A stretch of 64,000 nucleotides of DNA from Camelus ferus (GCF_009834535.1 NC_045696.1:78804001-78868000), one strand, 5' to 3'. Shown: positions 1-13,292, counted from the first letter of the stretch. The notes: generated by a model not told the origin, from the sequence alone. Made by a program: numbers and translations.

Positions 1-189
1 GGTGGGGTGGGGAATTCTGCCTATCAGAATGTATCTTCTTTGACCTGAATGTAGGTGGATAACTCTACAATGCTCTATAATTCAAGCAAATAAATCATCA
101 CTCCAGTTTTAAATCTGTTTCTACTTATCTATCACTGCTCTTCCTCTGCCTCAATCATGAAAATTGCCAAACTCTTGACACCACATGAG

Positions 190-372
190 GCAGAGTAGTT
201 CTGAAACTTAAGTATGCACGAATCTTCTGGGGAAAATGTTGAATTTGCAGATTGCTGACTGTCAATCCTAAGAAATTCTGGCTCAACAAGTCTTAGATAG
301 AACCCAGAAATATGCATTTTAACAGTGATTCTGCTATATGCAATCAGCAGAACACAGTTCAAGAAACACTAA
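190..372. mobile_element. MER5-like hAT-Charlie DNA transposon remnant
   Basis: TGCAGATT...AATTCTG...CCCAGAAATATGCATTTTAACA...GTGATTCTG...AGTTCAAGAAACACT motif series, typical of MER5A. Confidence 0.6.
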
Positions 373-2190
373 GGCATCTGTGTGGTGATCCCGGCAGTCT
401 TGGTGTGGCCACCTCCACTCCTGATAGTCCAGGGTACACAGCATTGTTCAGACTTGAAAACCAACTGTGGGATTTCTGAAAATATTTGGGAACTCAATTT
501 GAGATCCACTTTATCTAGTCCTGAAAATGCCAAATTAACGTAAAGCAACTTTGGATGAGAAACAGAAAACAGAAAATAAATATATATGTTCTTCTACATA
601 TCTTATATATATGTGTGTGTGTGTATGTAACTGAGGAATTACTTAAAGAATTTTAATGCTGTTCTCTAAGTGTCATTATTTAAAATGTTTTCTTTTTATC
701 TGTGCTATATTTTGTTCGATTTACTTTAGCCATTCTTCACTGAGATAAAGTGTCATAAATATTGACTGCATTTTGCTTTTACTCATACATAATGATGACC
801 AGGGAACAAAACATGAAAAAAGTGCTGTAGCCTCTGCTTTCATGCTGAAATAGACATTGTATTTTGGGATCATCAAAGTCTAAATACAGAGGCATAGTCT
901 TGATTTGTGGATAGAAATGAGAAATAAAAAATAAAAAATAGCACCATAACAGGAAACACACTCAAAAGGAATGCTTTTTTTCTTTGACAATTTTTTAGAG
1001 TTACTCTGAACATAAATTGTTTCATCTTTTCTTAACTCTAGTGACTTCAGTTTATTTGTATTTTATTTTTCAGTCCTTTCACCCCATCATTAAATTAAAC
1101 CTGTTTGTCTCTAGAAAATATTAAACACTTGAAAGAAGAAATTTGTGCATTGCAACTAAGATATTTGCAGTCAGGCTTGCAGTAGATTTCCCTCAGGATT
1201 ATGCCATTTTTTGAAAAACACTATAGTAAATACAAATTCAGGTGCTCTCTTCAGAAATTGTAATCCATATAAAATGCTTACCTTGGCTTACCTGGTGAAA
1301 TGCAAATAAGTCTTTTCAATTGCTATTAGCAGCAATGATTATGGTAATAAATGAATATAAATATCCAGCTTCACTTTTACTTAACCTGTTCACAGAAACT
1401 AGTACAATATTAATTTATCACATTGTCATGCCTGCTAATTCTATTAGATAAAAATCTTAGCTTTTTAATAGCCAAATTCCATTAGATATCTAAACATCAT
1501 ATATATTGTTATTGAAACTGAGCAATTTCAAAATATATGTGAAGATAATATATGATGACTACCAAAGTGAATTCTAGAACACTTTATAATTTGGCTGGTA
1601 TGGTTGAAAATATAGCATATATCAGGTTTTTTCTTTTTAACCACTGAATTTTCATGTGAATTTTTTTCCAGGAGATAATTTTCTTTTTCTTTTTTTAATT
1701 TAGTTTCCAAAGTCATCCCTCAAAGAATTGAAAGATAGATTTTATTCTCTAAAGTTCAGATCTTTCTTCAGTGAAAAATGTCCTCTTTCCTTCCTGTACC
1801 CTTCACTCTTTTCCTTCTTGGTTTAAGTTCCTAGGGTCTTGAATTTCACTAACGTTTTGGGGAAAGTAAAGGTACTAATTTTTTAAATTTCCATAATCTT
1901 CACCTTTTTCATCACCTTTATCACCTGGAGACATGGATGTGAACTTCCTTCTCCTTTATTAAGTGAAACCTAAGCTTTCATACATAAACTCCCTCTGATT
2001 TCTTCTCTGCAACCTAAAGTATACGCACATAGCATCCTCTGCTTGCTTGACGGAAGAAATGCCTTGCCATACTAATGATAATCCCTTTGATTCTGGTCCA
2101 GGTTCCAAATGATCACATCTCTTCTGGGAACTGCTCAGTTGGTTTGCTTCTGGGTCTTCAATTTAACCACTAACTTTTTCTCTTTAGTTT

Positions 2191-2441
2191 TGTAGGAGAG
2201 GGAAAATAATTTTTCCTCTACCCTTCTAGGTTCTTGGCTGAGACCCACCCTGTAATAAAAAACAAATTAACAGGAGAATACAAAAATTTAACTCCTGGTA
2301 CAGCCCCCTTTCTAATGTAAATTTCCCCTACAAAAAGGAAACTTCTCCTGTTTTCAAAGCTTCTTTTGTTTCTTCACTTTTTCAAAATAATCCTGATGCC
2401 AAAGGGGTATATTTTGGGGTGGCACATTCTGCTACCCTTCA
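2191..2441 (-). mobile_element. Short or internally deleted ERV1-type LTR (MER34/MER4-group-like)
   Basis: TG...CA termini. Shares the AAAATAATCCT...AAAG...ATTTTGGGGTGGCA and ATTAAC.GGAGAA motifs with the element at 56793-57325. Confidence 0.55.
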
Positions 2442-2449
2442 GCCTATAA

Positions 2450-3650
2450 ACACACTCAAGTCTCTATTAATCAGTTTTCCCACAAAGAACCAAGGTTACC
2501 TCTGTAGACTACTCATCTGTTAAGCTTTCTAAGAAAAGTAGTCAACATGAACTTTCTCCATTTCTGCTCATCAACTAACAACCCTTTGTATTCTGCCTTC
2601 TCTCATGAACTCCCACTTTCCTTCTGAAATGTTTATCTTCTGATCTTTTCTCTTTCTATTCAATCTCTGCTCATTTTTATATTGATGACTCCACCCTTTT
2701 GGAAGTGCTCTTACATAGATTAATATCATTTTGATGACATTCCAGCATTTTTCTTTATTATTTTATATCCATCTCTATCAGTATTTTAACTTGGTCTTCT
2801 TTGCTTACTTTTCCAATGTGTACTTGTAAATATCAGTGTCCTATCTTTTGTCTCTGGGTGTTGCCTCTTATTCTGTTTTCTTTCTCTTGAGGATTTCATA
2901 TATGATGATAACTAGAAAAATCACTTCCTAATCAGATTGTTCTAAACTCTCACTTGAATTTCAAAACAGCATTTTCAATTGTTTTGTTGACTATTTCATA
3001 AGGATGTTCTGCCTGAATCAAAATTTCAGCTTGTCCACAACTGCCACTAACATCGCAGCTGTCACAGTTCCAGAATGGTGCTCCTTCCTGCCCCTAGTGC
3101 TGGACACTGGAAAGGAGTCAGCATATGCTGAATATGTTGCTCCCTCTCTATCAATGGCCTTTCTATTTTACCTGGTACTTAGGTTCAAGGCCACGGAATT
3201 TTCTGGAAATTCTTCCTTTTCTTGACCATTAGTATCAAGAAGGTCTTGTCAGCTCAGTCTTTCCAGTGTCTGTTGCTATCACAGTCTTCTTTTCTACTGC
3301 TTTTGCCCTCAGTTGCTAAAATGTGAGTCACAAGAGGGTAGAAATATTAGACTGTTTTGTTTACAGTTTTAAGCTAAGCACCTAGAAAAGCACTTGGTAT
3401 ATCATCAGTGTTCAATAAATATTTGTTGAGTTGGATTGAATTAAGGGCTCATTGTTTTTTTGCAGGGACTATTACAGTAGACTTCCACCTGGACTCTATC
3501 AGCCCCGTCACATCCCTAGTCTTTCCTGCTCTTGACTGTCACAAAGTACTCCTCCTCCTCTTCCAGTATAAAAATTCTCACTTCTGTGAAATACATGCCA
3601 CTCTTTATCCCCTGCCTCAAAGCTATCATTGACCAAACTCCTGGTTGTTC
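2450..3650. mobile_element. Degraded L2 LINE fragments
   Basis: Pyrimidine-rich L2-like text and the L2 3'-end motif AGCACCTAG...GTGTTCAATAAATATTTGTTGA at ~3378-3430. Confidence 0.5.
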
Positions 3651-4789
3651 CCAAACATCTGTCTAAGCTTTAGATGTATTAAAAAAGCATTGTTCTTTTC
3701 CATTTTAAATTCTTCCAGCACTTAGAGCACATTAGTATCTATGTATATATAACCGTCTACATCAAAGACCACAATTTCTAGTTCACTGTATCAACCTTCC
3801 AGAAACCCTGGAATATCCTTTAACTTGTTGGAAGTATACAGCCTAAGTCTTTGCTGAGGTATCTCCGGATTTCTTAGTTTGTCCAGTGTACTTTTAGAGG
3901 TTTTCACCTAATATCAGAAAATAGCTTTCATAGCCTATATGAGCTTTCATAATGCTTTGGTTCCATGAATACCCACAGGACGATGTCTCTATCCTTCTGA
4001 TGTGGAAAAGACTGGGATGAGATTAAGAAGCTCATTCTTAGTCAAATTACAAATTATTAATATATTCAGAAGATAATATTCCATAAATGATTCTGCCAGG
4101 CATTGTAGAGGACTGTGTTCTTATGAACAGCTCTCCTGGGAAAAATAAATTATTTTCTGCATCTGAGTTGCCAGTCCATTTATGTTATACTTTAATCAGA
4201 TTAGCAAGACTTTATTTCTCACTTTACCCTTTGCATTATAGCTGAGTATAATATTACTATAAAACTTTATATTGGCTTTATAACTACACGACACATGTTG
4301 ATCTTGCTTTCGGGTCTGTGTTTAAAAAAAAAAAGTTATAAAATGAACACTGTGATTTGGAGCCATGTTTCTGTTTACATCTATTCCATTTCATTCTCAT
4401 GGAATAAGATGCCTTTGTTAATAAGTAAATTATGTTCCTTGAACTCTCCTGCCATATATTTAAATTATAATTTGCATGACTTCTGGTGGCCCACATACTA
4501 CACAACAACCCACAGATAATTCCCTTTTCACATTATGTGAAAGCACAATGAGTCATATCATTCATAAGTTAATAGTTTAAGGTATCATCTTGTTATTACC
4601 TGTGTAGTTTGGATTAACATTTGAAATCCATACCACTAAAGTTTGGATTAGAAATGTTATCAAGAGATACTTTTGTAAATCACTTACACAACATTAGTGA
4701 GAATTTCTCATATTACCACAGATGCAACAGTTTGCATGTTTTAACTCTGACTTGACAGATTAACTACTAAGGTGAATTATTTCACAACT

Positions 4790-5530
4790 CTAGTTAAGGA
4801 AACAAATCAACAAAATTAAAATTAAGAAGACAATGAAAACAAGTTTTAATACACTGGAAACTTTAATGAAATGAATAACTTTCCAGAAAAGTTTAAATTA
4901 CCAAATTTGATTCAGGGATGATTTTAAAAATATAATTAGAAAAATGTGGGGAAATTGACATTATAAAATAATTACTTCTCACATATATCTGAAGTAAGAT
5001 GGCTTGTTGGCCAACAATTTAAAACTTCAAAAGACATATAATGCTTATACTACATAATATGTCACATATTGTAGCAAGAAGGAGAAAACTATCCAAATTT
5101 ATTTTTGGAAACTGGAAAAACTTAATACCAAAACTTGACAAAAAACAAAACTCTAGGTCAGTATCATTCAGATATATATATGTATAAATTAGAAATAAAA
5201 TATTAGCATGTCAAATTCAACTCTGTTAAAAAAAATATCATCTATCATGACCAAGTAGAGTTTATTCCAGGAAAGTACAGATGATTCAAGCTTAGGAAAG
5301 CTATTAATATAATTTATCACCTCAAACTGTCAAGGAAGAAAAGTCTTATGATCATCCCCATCAAGTCCAAAGAAGTTATTTCCCAAGAATATATCTAAGA
5401 AAACTCAGAAAGAAAAATGCTTACTTAAAATCATAAACAATATCTACTTTGACCAATAGCTCATGTCATACTTAATGGTGAAAATTTTAAAAGATTGCCT
5501 TTAAAAATCATGAACAAGATAAGGATGGTT
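4790..5530 (+). mobile_element. Old L1 ORF2 fragment
   Basis: A-rich, with L1 ORF2 motifs GAAATGAATAACTTTCCAGAAAA, CATGACCAAGTAGAGTTTATTCCAGGAA and CATACTTAATGGTGAAA. No open frame. Confidence 0.75.
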
Positions 5531-5924
5531 TCTGGTTGTCATTTCTAAAGAAAATATAGCCACGATCCCTAAGTCTTCTAATCTCTTCCAATCATCAGTT
5601 GCTGATAGAGTTGCTGCTGCTTACACTTAGCTTTTACCTGTGAAATACGATAGCCAGTCTGATAACTTTTCTTGTATGTTATGGCTTCAGCCATGCTGTC
5701 ATGGAGGGTGCATGAATCTGAAAGATCAGCTTAGCCTGTTGTATGATTTACCTACTGGTGAGAAAGGAGTCAGTCAAACAGGAAGCCCCATCAGTCTCAA
5801 TATTATTTAGCCATCCACATTAGATGAAGAAGAGAAGAGAGGTACACAGAGAGCAGAGAAAGAAAGAAAATTTGAAATGAGTGACCCTTCCTAGTCCATT
5901 TCTACTGATTTAACATATCTGGTA

Positions 5925-6284
5925 GTCAGTATAGTCTAGGTTTTGCTGTAGTAACAAATTAAATCTTAGATACTCAAGTAACAAAAATTTGTTTCTCATT
6001 CATGCTGCATATTCGTTGAGGATTAATATAGGGTATTGCTCCACTTAGTTATTCAGGGACCTAGGCTGATGGTGGCTTCACCATCTTGTCCCTGCATCAT
6101 CTGACACTTACGGCCTCCTCAGATGGCTTGGCCAGAGAAGATAAAGAATGGAGGTTGCTTGAGGATTTTTCACTGCCTCCGTCTAGAAGTAATTAGGGTC
6201 ATTTCAATCACACTTCATTGCACAGAAACCTTATGACCCTTTAGAAGCAAGTGGGATATTTGTTGAGCATTACTGTCTACCACA
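5925..6284 (-). mobile_element. MaLR LTR (old MLT1J/K-like)
   Basis: CTAGGTTTTGCTGTAGTAACAAA...CAGGGACCTAGGCTGATGG...TGTCTACCACA end. Confidence 0.65.
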
Positions 6285-6638
6285 AAGAAAACTAGTCCTC
6301 CTTAGTGGCCTTCAGACTCTAACTAGTATATGAATGAGATTACACTGGCTGGGATAGAAGAAAGTTAAAAAAAAAATGGACTGATCACTATTTTAATTAT
6401 TCCTTACTGTAAGTAGCAATGATCTCCCAGGTGTTACTCATAAATTTATTTAAAATGCAAATACTCAGTATAATCTATAATTGTTAGCTTGACTAGCGCT
6501 CTGTGCTTATAAACAAGCTGAAGGAGATTCCAACATTATTGAAAAGTTGAGATGAGCCTAGACTCAGAAGGAGGAGTATCGTTCTATGATTTTAATTATA
6601 GTAATAGTAACAATATCACAACAGCAACAGATACTACT

Positions 6639-7289
6639 TGTATTAATCTTCTATAGCTGCACAACAAATTGCCACAAGCTTAATGGCTCAAAACAACACA
6701 AGTCTATTACTATTTCCATGGGTCTGGAGTCTGATTATATGAGGTCCTGGGTTCAATCCCCAGTACCCTCTTTAAAAAAAATATTGAAGAGGAGTCTGAT
6801 TATGGGTTAACTAGGTCATCTGGTCAGGATCTCACTACGATGATATTAAGATATCAGCTAAAGCTATAGACTCACTGAGGTTCAAGGGCCTCTTCCAAAT
6901 CTCACTGATCATTGTTGGAATTTATTTCCATGCAGCTCTGTAAGATTGCCAATTTCCTGCTGGTTTTCAGCTGGAGACTCTTCTCAGCAACTAGAGCTCA
7001 CCCTTAGGTCCTTGCCCGAGGCCACCTCCTCTCAAGAAATGGCAGTTCCTTTAGTCTTTGAAGCCAGCAGGGGTCCTAATTTCAGAGGACTCACCTGATC
7101 ATGCCTGGCCTACTGAGGGTGAGCTCCCTTTTGATTAACTTATGGTCAGCTGATTAGAACTCTTAACTTTGGAAGTGATGCTCCATTACATTCACTGGTT
7201 CCCGCCACACTCAAAGGTTGATGATTATGCAGGGTGTGTACATGAGAGGAGGGGATCTTTGGGGCCATCTTCCAATTCAGTCTACTACA
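6639..7289 (-). mobile_element. MaLR LTR (MLT1E-like)
   Basis: TGTATTA...GCTGCACAACAAATTGCCACAAGCTTAATGGCTCAAAACAACAC start and GGGCCATCTT...TCTACTACA end. Confidence 0.8.
6739..6790 (+). mobile_element. 5'-truncated Vic-1-type SINE nested in an MLT1 LTR
   Basis: ATGAGGTCCTGGGTTCAATCCCCAGTACC is identical to part of the 43579 SINE and has a short A tail. Perfect 13-bp TSD GGAGTCTGATTAT (6726-6738 / 6791-6803). Confidence 0.85.
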
Positions 7290-7299
7290 CTTGCAATAA

Positions 7300-7540
7300 T
7301 TTCTGAGTGTATACTTCGTGGCAAGCATTACAATAAGCATTTCACATGCCTTATTTCATGATTTCATTTCACAAAATCCTATGAAGTAGATATTATTCAT
7401 CGTATTTTAAAGGTAAAAAAAAATTGAACGCCCTAGAATAACCTGCTCGAAGTATCACAAGCAGCAATTGTTGAGACAGAATTTGAACCTGGGTTTGAAG
7501 GACCCAAAGTCAGTCTGCTTCACCTCCACACTGCATTGTG
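7300..7540 (-). mobile_element. MIR SINE
   Basis: Reverse MIR core: CCTATGAAGTAGATATTATT...ATAACCTGCTCGAAG...GAATTTGAACCTGGG. Confidence 0.65.
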
Positions 7541-8959
7541 TTTCCTTTTTACTGCCACCTACTTTAATAGAACAGGAGTTGGGGGTGCCTAGCTCTGCTG
7601 CCCGGGACATCACTCGTGTTGGTATTGGATGCTTTGTCTTTTCCCTATGCACCCTTCATGACCACACCCTCTGCCGATGGACCAACTCTTTAAGGTTTTA
7701 AACTCATGTATTGCCGACCCTGGAACAATTCTGTTTCCTTGAGAAGGCTTTGGTTATCTCTCATCTGGTCCATCCACTTTTAACATAACTTCCTGAAAGT
7801 CGGTTTGTTTCATCATGCTCCCGGTATTCTCTATAGATACAAAAGTCGTGGAAGGAGACATGAAGAAAGCGCGGAGGACTAGAGCACATATCTGAAAATT
7901 TCCGATTTTTTCTTACATGAAGAAATCTTGTAGGGATTATTCTCTGAGAAAGAAGGATGTTTCCGTAAGTAGAGTTGTTTTTAATCCAAGTCTATGAAAA
8001 TCTTAGTTTCACAATTTGTCTCTTTCGGGAATGTATCTTCTAAGTGTTATGAAATTTACTTGTGGTAGTCTCTGAAGAACTGACACAAAATGCCTGATAC
8101 CAAGTGAAACTTGGACCTGGAAGCCTTCCTCATCTCTTTAGCGAGCTGTGTGCTCCCCTGATTCACTTAGCCACTAATTCTCAGATTTCATATTCAGATG
8201 GTGATTCTCAGTTTGAAAGAGAGTATAAGTTTCAACAGAACACATTTTAAAATAATTCTTTTTCTTTTTTTCCCCCACCTTTTCCATGGGGATACACATT
8301 CTAAGAAAGATTTTTCTTTGTTTATCCCCTCACTCATTTCTATACCCTCAAATCATTGTTGTAATGAACCGTCTTTCTGATGGAAGTAGATATTATCCTT
8401 TGGGGTGTATTGATGTTGAAAAATTGAGAATTATTGTTCTAAAAATTAAGAAATGTATTGGACTCTATTACTTAACTTTTGAATGAGAAATACTATTGTA
8501 AAGAGAAACATTGCATAGATTAACAGCTGTTAAAGTTGTTACTTTTTTTTCCCTAAGACTGTATTTTTGGAAGTCTGTGAGTATGGTGCTAGCATGGTCT
8601 TATGTGACTGACTTTAGAAAACAGAAGGTTGATAAAGTCTTGGAGCTGAAGTCATGAAATTTTGGAGGTTGTAGAGGAGAATCCCAGCTGTGGCTGCTCA
8701 GTGAGAAATCCAGACTCCAATCAGTGACCCTCTGAGTGGGACTCAACAGAGTAGGAAGAAAATCAGGAAGGAGTGTTTAAACACAGTTAGCTAATTTAAA
8801 AATATACATTAGGTTTGTTTTTAAATAAATAGGTGACTTAGCTGGCTTGAACTTTAGCTAGGGTTTGAAGCTTTACATTTTATGGAATGGAGTAAATGTT
8901 AGACAACTGTAAATTATTTGGATTGAGATGATGTTACTTTGGGGCAAAGACAGGGCACA

Positions 8960-9180
8960 AGGAAAGCACTTCTGCGTTGAAGTCAGGCTGCGTGGGTTCT
9001 AATCCCCTCTGGGTGAATTAACTGGAGCTAGTCACTTAACCTATGTGTTTTCTAATCTATAAAATGAGAATAATAGTAGTATGCACTAAATAGGGTTATG
9101 TGAGGATCAAATGGATTAATGCCTATCAAAGTACTCAGCATAGTGCCTGACACATAGTAATTAATCAGTGTTAGCTGTGA
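8960..9180 (+). mobile_element. MIR SINE
   Basis: GGGTTCTAATCCC...GTCACTTAACCT...CTATAAAATGAGAATAATAGTA...GTGAGGATCAAATG...GTGCCTGACACATAGTAA. Confidence 0.8.
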
Positions 9181-10097
9181 ACACGCTGCCATTAGTGTGG
9201 TAAGACAACACAGCCAGCAGTATTTTGAGAACTGGGAATAGCCCGGGGGTGACTGTTAGACTTAGTACATAAGGTGGGACGAGGTCACGTGAAACATTTC
9301 ACTGGCTTCTGAGCAACAGTAAAGAACATTTTTAAATGACTCTGGGGCTGGAAGAAAAAACTGAAAATAGTTCTCATGAAGATGCAAGAAGTGTTCAGGA
9401 AAAATCCTGTAAGAGAAAAACAATAGCCAGAAAACACTATAAACTTATAAATACACTGGGTTAACTCAAGGGAGAATACATGATTGGTCACAAGATTTAA
9501 CGCCTAAGGGGAGTTGAAGTGTTCCCACTCCTGCCACTTCAGCCATTAGGAAGAGAAATTCAGATACAGATAAATATAAAACGGAACCCTCAATCACATA
9601 AAATCAAGGGCGATGGCTCAGAGCTTAATTTTGCAAGCGGGCAGAGATATACTGTACAAGTAACTGTGAACCTATCTTGCATACTTTCTGAAACAAGTGG
9701 AGTAAGAAACAGACAAACGTATCAAATCTAGAAACAAATTAAATTGATTCACTTAATCATTCTCTTCACCCCTCTTTGAGCTGTCTCCTGAATCTTTCTT
9801 GCACTATGCTCTTTGATCTCTTTCACTAGCATTTGTGGCATATGGTAGGACAGACCTGGGAGAACATGCAAAGTTATGCACGAGTCTAGGTGTGCTCAAA
9901 GGAAAGAGGGTCACACTCGCCTGTCTTTACTCTAAATCTTGTACGTAAAGCACAGGTGCTCATATCTGGTCCAGGTCCCTCGATCAGAGGAGATCTGATG
10001 GAGATACCAATCCAAAGCACCAGTTAAAAGCAGAGGGCGTGAGGGAGCTTAGGGTATAACATGTATGTAACTGTGGGGATGGTTAATGATTTGTGGT

Positions 10098-10604
10098 TGC
10101 CAACTGAAATAAAATCACACGTGAGAGGTGTGGGTTAAGTTTTATTTAAGGCAAAATGAGGATGATAGCCTGGGAGACTGCGTCTCAGATACCTCTGAGA
10201 AACTGCTCCAGAAAGGTAGAGGGGGGACCGTCAGCATTATATACAATTTCAGTGAAGGCGGGGGTATGGGCAGTCAGGCACACATTTAGGCAGGGGCTTG
10301 CCGCTAGTCACAAGGAACAGATGTCGCTGTTAATGATTTTAGTGCTTTTCTCGACATGAAAAGACGCAAGAATTTAGGCTCATAAAATCTTCTCCTGAAA
10401 ATAACTATCGGAAGGTCTGTTCTGCCAGTTTTCCCAGAGCACGGAGTGCCTCATTCCTGATCTTCACCCTGACCTCCTTTCAGGGAGTGCTGGAGGTCAG
10501 GGCTGCAGCTGCTTGTGATTTAATTCAAGCAGAGTTAGGTGGCAAGTGCCAACATGATTCAGTCCTTATGGAGGCAGATGACAAGGGCCAGTTTTCAGTT
10601 GGCA
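10098..10604 (-). mobile_element. Intact solo LTR (507 bp; resembles artiodactyl MER41-like LTRs)
   Basis: Perfect 12-bp terminal inverted repeat TGCCAACTGAAA...TTTCAGTTGGCA and perfect 5-bp TSD GTGGT (10093-10097 / 10605-10609). Minus-strand AATAAA at ~10141-10146. Confidence 0.85.
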
Positions 10605-11186
10605 GTGGTTTGAAGTCCTTTGGATCCTGGTATCTTCCTTTATGTTGCATTTGAATTACAAATACTAGTATTAATATTGCTCTCAAATTTCTTTTCAATG
10701 TGTGCAGATAATATAAGCCAACTGTTCAAAAACCCACTTCTAACATCTCTCTGGTTTAGAGGCTGCAGAGGTAAACACCTATCACAGGAGTAACTGTCTC
10801 ACCCCGGACAGGTAGTAGGCAGAAGTCCCCAGGAGGGCTTTCTTTCATAATGAAAAGCAGAATCACACCGGAGAAAGCCCTTCACCCCTTGATTTTTTGG
10901 TCCTTTCCCTGCTGGGAATGCAGAAGTAATGCCTCGAGGGGCGGCAACCATGTAGAAAAGGTGATGCAATAAAGACAACCAACCAACCACAGAAAAGCAG
11001 GAAGACAGAAAAGCAGCTGCTAGGCAGATGTGCCTTCTTCCCAACTTCTTCCGATAAAACTTTTAGTTGAAATGTAACACGTACAGAAAAGAGTAGATGT
11101 CATAAGAATATAGCACACATCCGTGTAACCACTACCTGAATCCAGGTATTATTAGCACCAGAGAAACCCCTGCCATGCCCTCTACC

Positions 11187-11823
11187 TGTTAGAGCAGGCG
11201 GATAGCTAGACATGAGCAGAGAAAGGGGGACGCAGGCCAAATGGGAGGAACTGGGCGGAAAGGAGGGGCACGGGCCAAATGCAGGAAACCATACATCATG
11301 TGAGCACCAGGGGTCCCTGAGCAGAGAAAGAAAAGCAGGAACCTCTGGGCTGATAACTGGTTGCACCTTATGGGGTGATGAGCAGCCTGGAGCCTGACAA
11401 AGAAAGGGGAAAAGGCAGGAATCTCCGGTGTCCGAATGTAACCTTTTGCTAATTATGCCCTCATTACAATAAAATTGGCCTTGCAGATTAGAAGTACCCA
11501 TATCATGCAGAATAAATCCAGAATAAATCAGAAATAAAATCCCTCCTCCCTTTGGGAAGGTGGAGTTGGGATAAAAATCAAGGAATACGACCCCAAACCC
11601 TTCCCTCCTCAATGAACATTCCACCCATTCATTTTTACACTCTATGTAACCACCAACTTGCCGAAGAAAAGCACAGCTGCTCACTTAAGCCTGCCCGCTC
11701 TGCCCTTGAGAGTTACTATCTATCCCTTAATAAATCCCCACTTTACTTTCTTAACCTCTGTGTCTTTGAATTCTTTCTGAGGTGGGACAAGAACCTGGAC
11801 ACCGGCTACATCTACCGGCAACA
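11187..11823 (+). mobile_element. Solo ERV LTR (637 bp), CpG-retaining, inserted into an old L1 3' fragment
   Basis: TGTT...AACA termini and AATAAA at ~11729 followed by a U5-like TGTGTCTTTGAATTCTTTCT. L1ME-like text resumes on both sides (11070-11186, 11824-11905). Confidence 0.8.
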
Positions 11824-11921
11824 TTATTATCCCCTTCCTCAAAGGTAATCTCTATTCTGACATCTATCATCATTAAATAATTTTTCCTGTTTTGGAACTT
11901 TATATATATCCATATATATAT

Positions 11922-11972
11922 AATTGAAGTATAGTCAGTTACAATGTGTCAATTTCTGGTGTCCAGTATAAT
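11922..11972 (-). mobile_element. Extreme 3' tip of a young L1
   Basis: ATTGAAGTATAGTCAGTTACAATGTGTCAATTTCTGGTGTCCAG matches the reverse 3' end of laurasiatherian L1s. CATATAT occurs on both sides. Confidence 0.65.
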
Positions 11973-12784
11973 ACATATATTTTTAAATTTAATAACGATG
12001 TGGATGGTACTTTTCTAGATGCACTGGGAATACAGTACTCAGAAGCTCATGGAACTTACATTTTAATAGAAATGAACTCAAAATAAAATAAGTGAAATAC
12101 TTGTTAGATGATGGTAATTGCCTTGGAGAAGAATTGCAGGGAGATAGAGTATGTTGCCGGGGGGCCGGGAAGATTACAATTTTAAATCAAGTGGTCAAAA
12201 AAGGTTGAAATGAGAAAAAAACATTTTAGCAAAGGCCTGGGGATGGGCAGGGAGACCGAGATTTGGAGTCTGGGTGCTTGCCAGACCCTTCGGTTAGAAA
12301 TAACATTTTCAAGACACATAATAACACTAGCTTTTCTGTAGGTTAGGGGAACAGGCAAGTTTTTCCTTCTTGTCTTCCTGAGAGCTTTTCTACCAGTCGT
12401 TCAGACTTTCATTTTTCAAGACCAAGTGATGGAATTCCATTAATTAGTACCAAGTGGGGAGGAAGCAATCTTGAAAAGGTCAATATTTGCAACACAAAAA
12501 GGAAGACAGCAGAATTGGATTATTGACAAACAGGACACAGGGCATGTGACACGGAGCCCTTTGCCTTCCCCACTTACAGGACCATATTCTATGGATTGGT
12601 GAGTACTTCTTCCCATTCATTACAGGAGACTATACACGCGGGTGATGCGTTGCTCTCCCCAGTCCCCAAGACGTCTCCACTCCAGCAGCCCCAGCTTCAC
12701 CTCCAACCCAGGTTCATTTCAGTTCCTCCTTTATATTGCTGTCAGGAGGTCTCTTCTAAGATCTAAATGTGATCCAGTCCTTCG

Positions 12785-13292
12785 TGTTGTGGGCACACAT
12801 GGCCAGTGACATGGGTTGGTAGAAGAATTATCTGAGACTGAGAAAAGTTTAGGAAAGTTTAATAGTTATGCTGCTATTGGCAATAGCCGGCCACACAGGG
12901 GAGAGGTGACTGCATGAGCACCAGGAGCGGTGCAGGGTCTTTTACTGGGGGAGGGGGCGTCTGTGCCCACAAGGAGTAGGGGCTGCGTGATCAATTTGTG
13001 CACAGGTTCCTGATTGGTTGTAAGATCTGTCAGGGACTTCTCTGAACAATAGGTTTTCCAACTGGGATGAGGGCAGGATGTGAGGCCTGTCCCCTAGGGC
13101 ATTGTGAGTGGGGCCATCTCCTGGAGCGGTGAGTTGTTAGGGTAAACATACATCAAGAGAAGATGTTTTCATCCTGAAGAAATGCAGGTATGCGGAGGGT
13201 CCCGCAGTGGGGAGTGGGGGTTAAGGCTCCAGCACGCAGAGAGCTCAGGAGTGGGGGTTTTAAGACTCCAGAGAGTGCCTGCAGGCTCCACA
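12785..13292 (-). mobile_element. Solo ERV LTR (~508 bp) interrupting an L2
   Basis: TG...CA ends (TGTTGTGG...CCACA) and near-TSD CTTCG/CTTGG. GC-rich body; minus-strand ATTAAA at ~12858-12863 and CCAAT (plus ATTGG) at ~13013. Confidence 0.65.

Noticed and set aside
11100..11684. 194-aa minus-strand ORF
   Set aside because: It runs across an LTR and an L1 fragment, has no recognisable domain and is best explained as a chance ORF in GC-richer repeat DNA.
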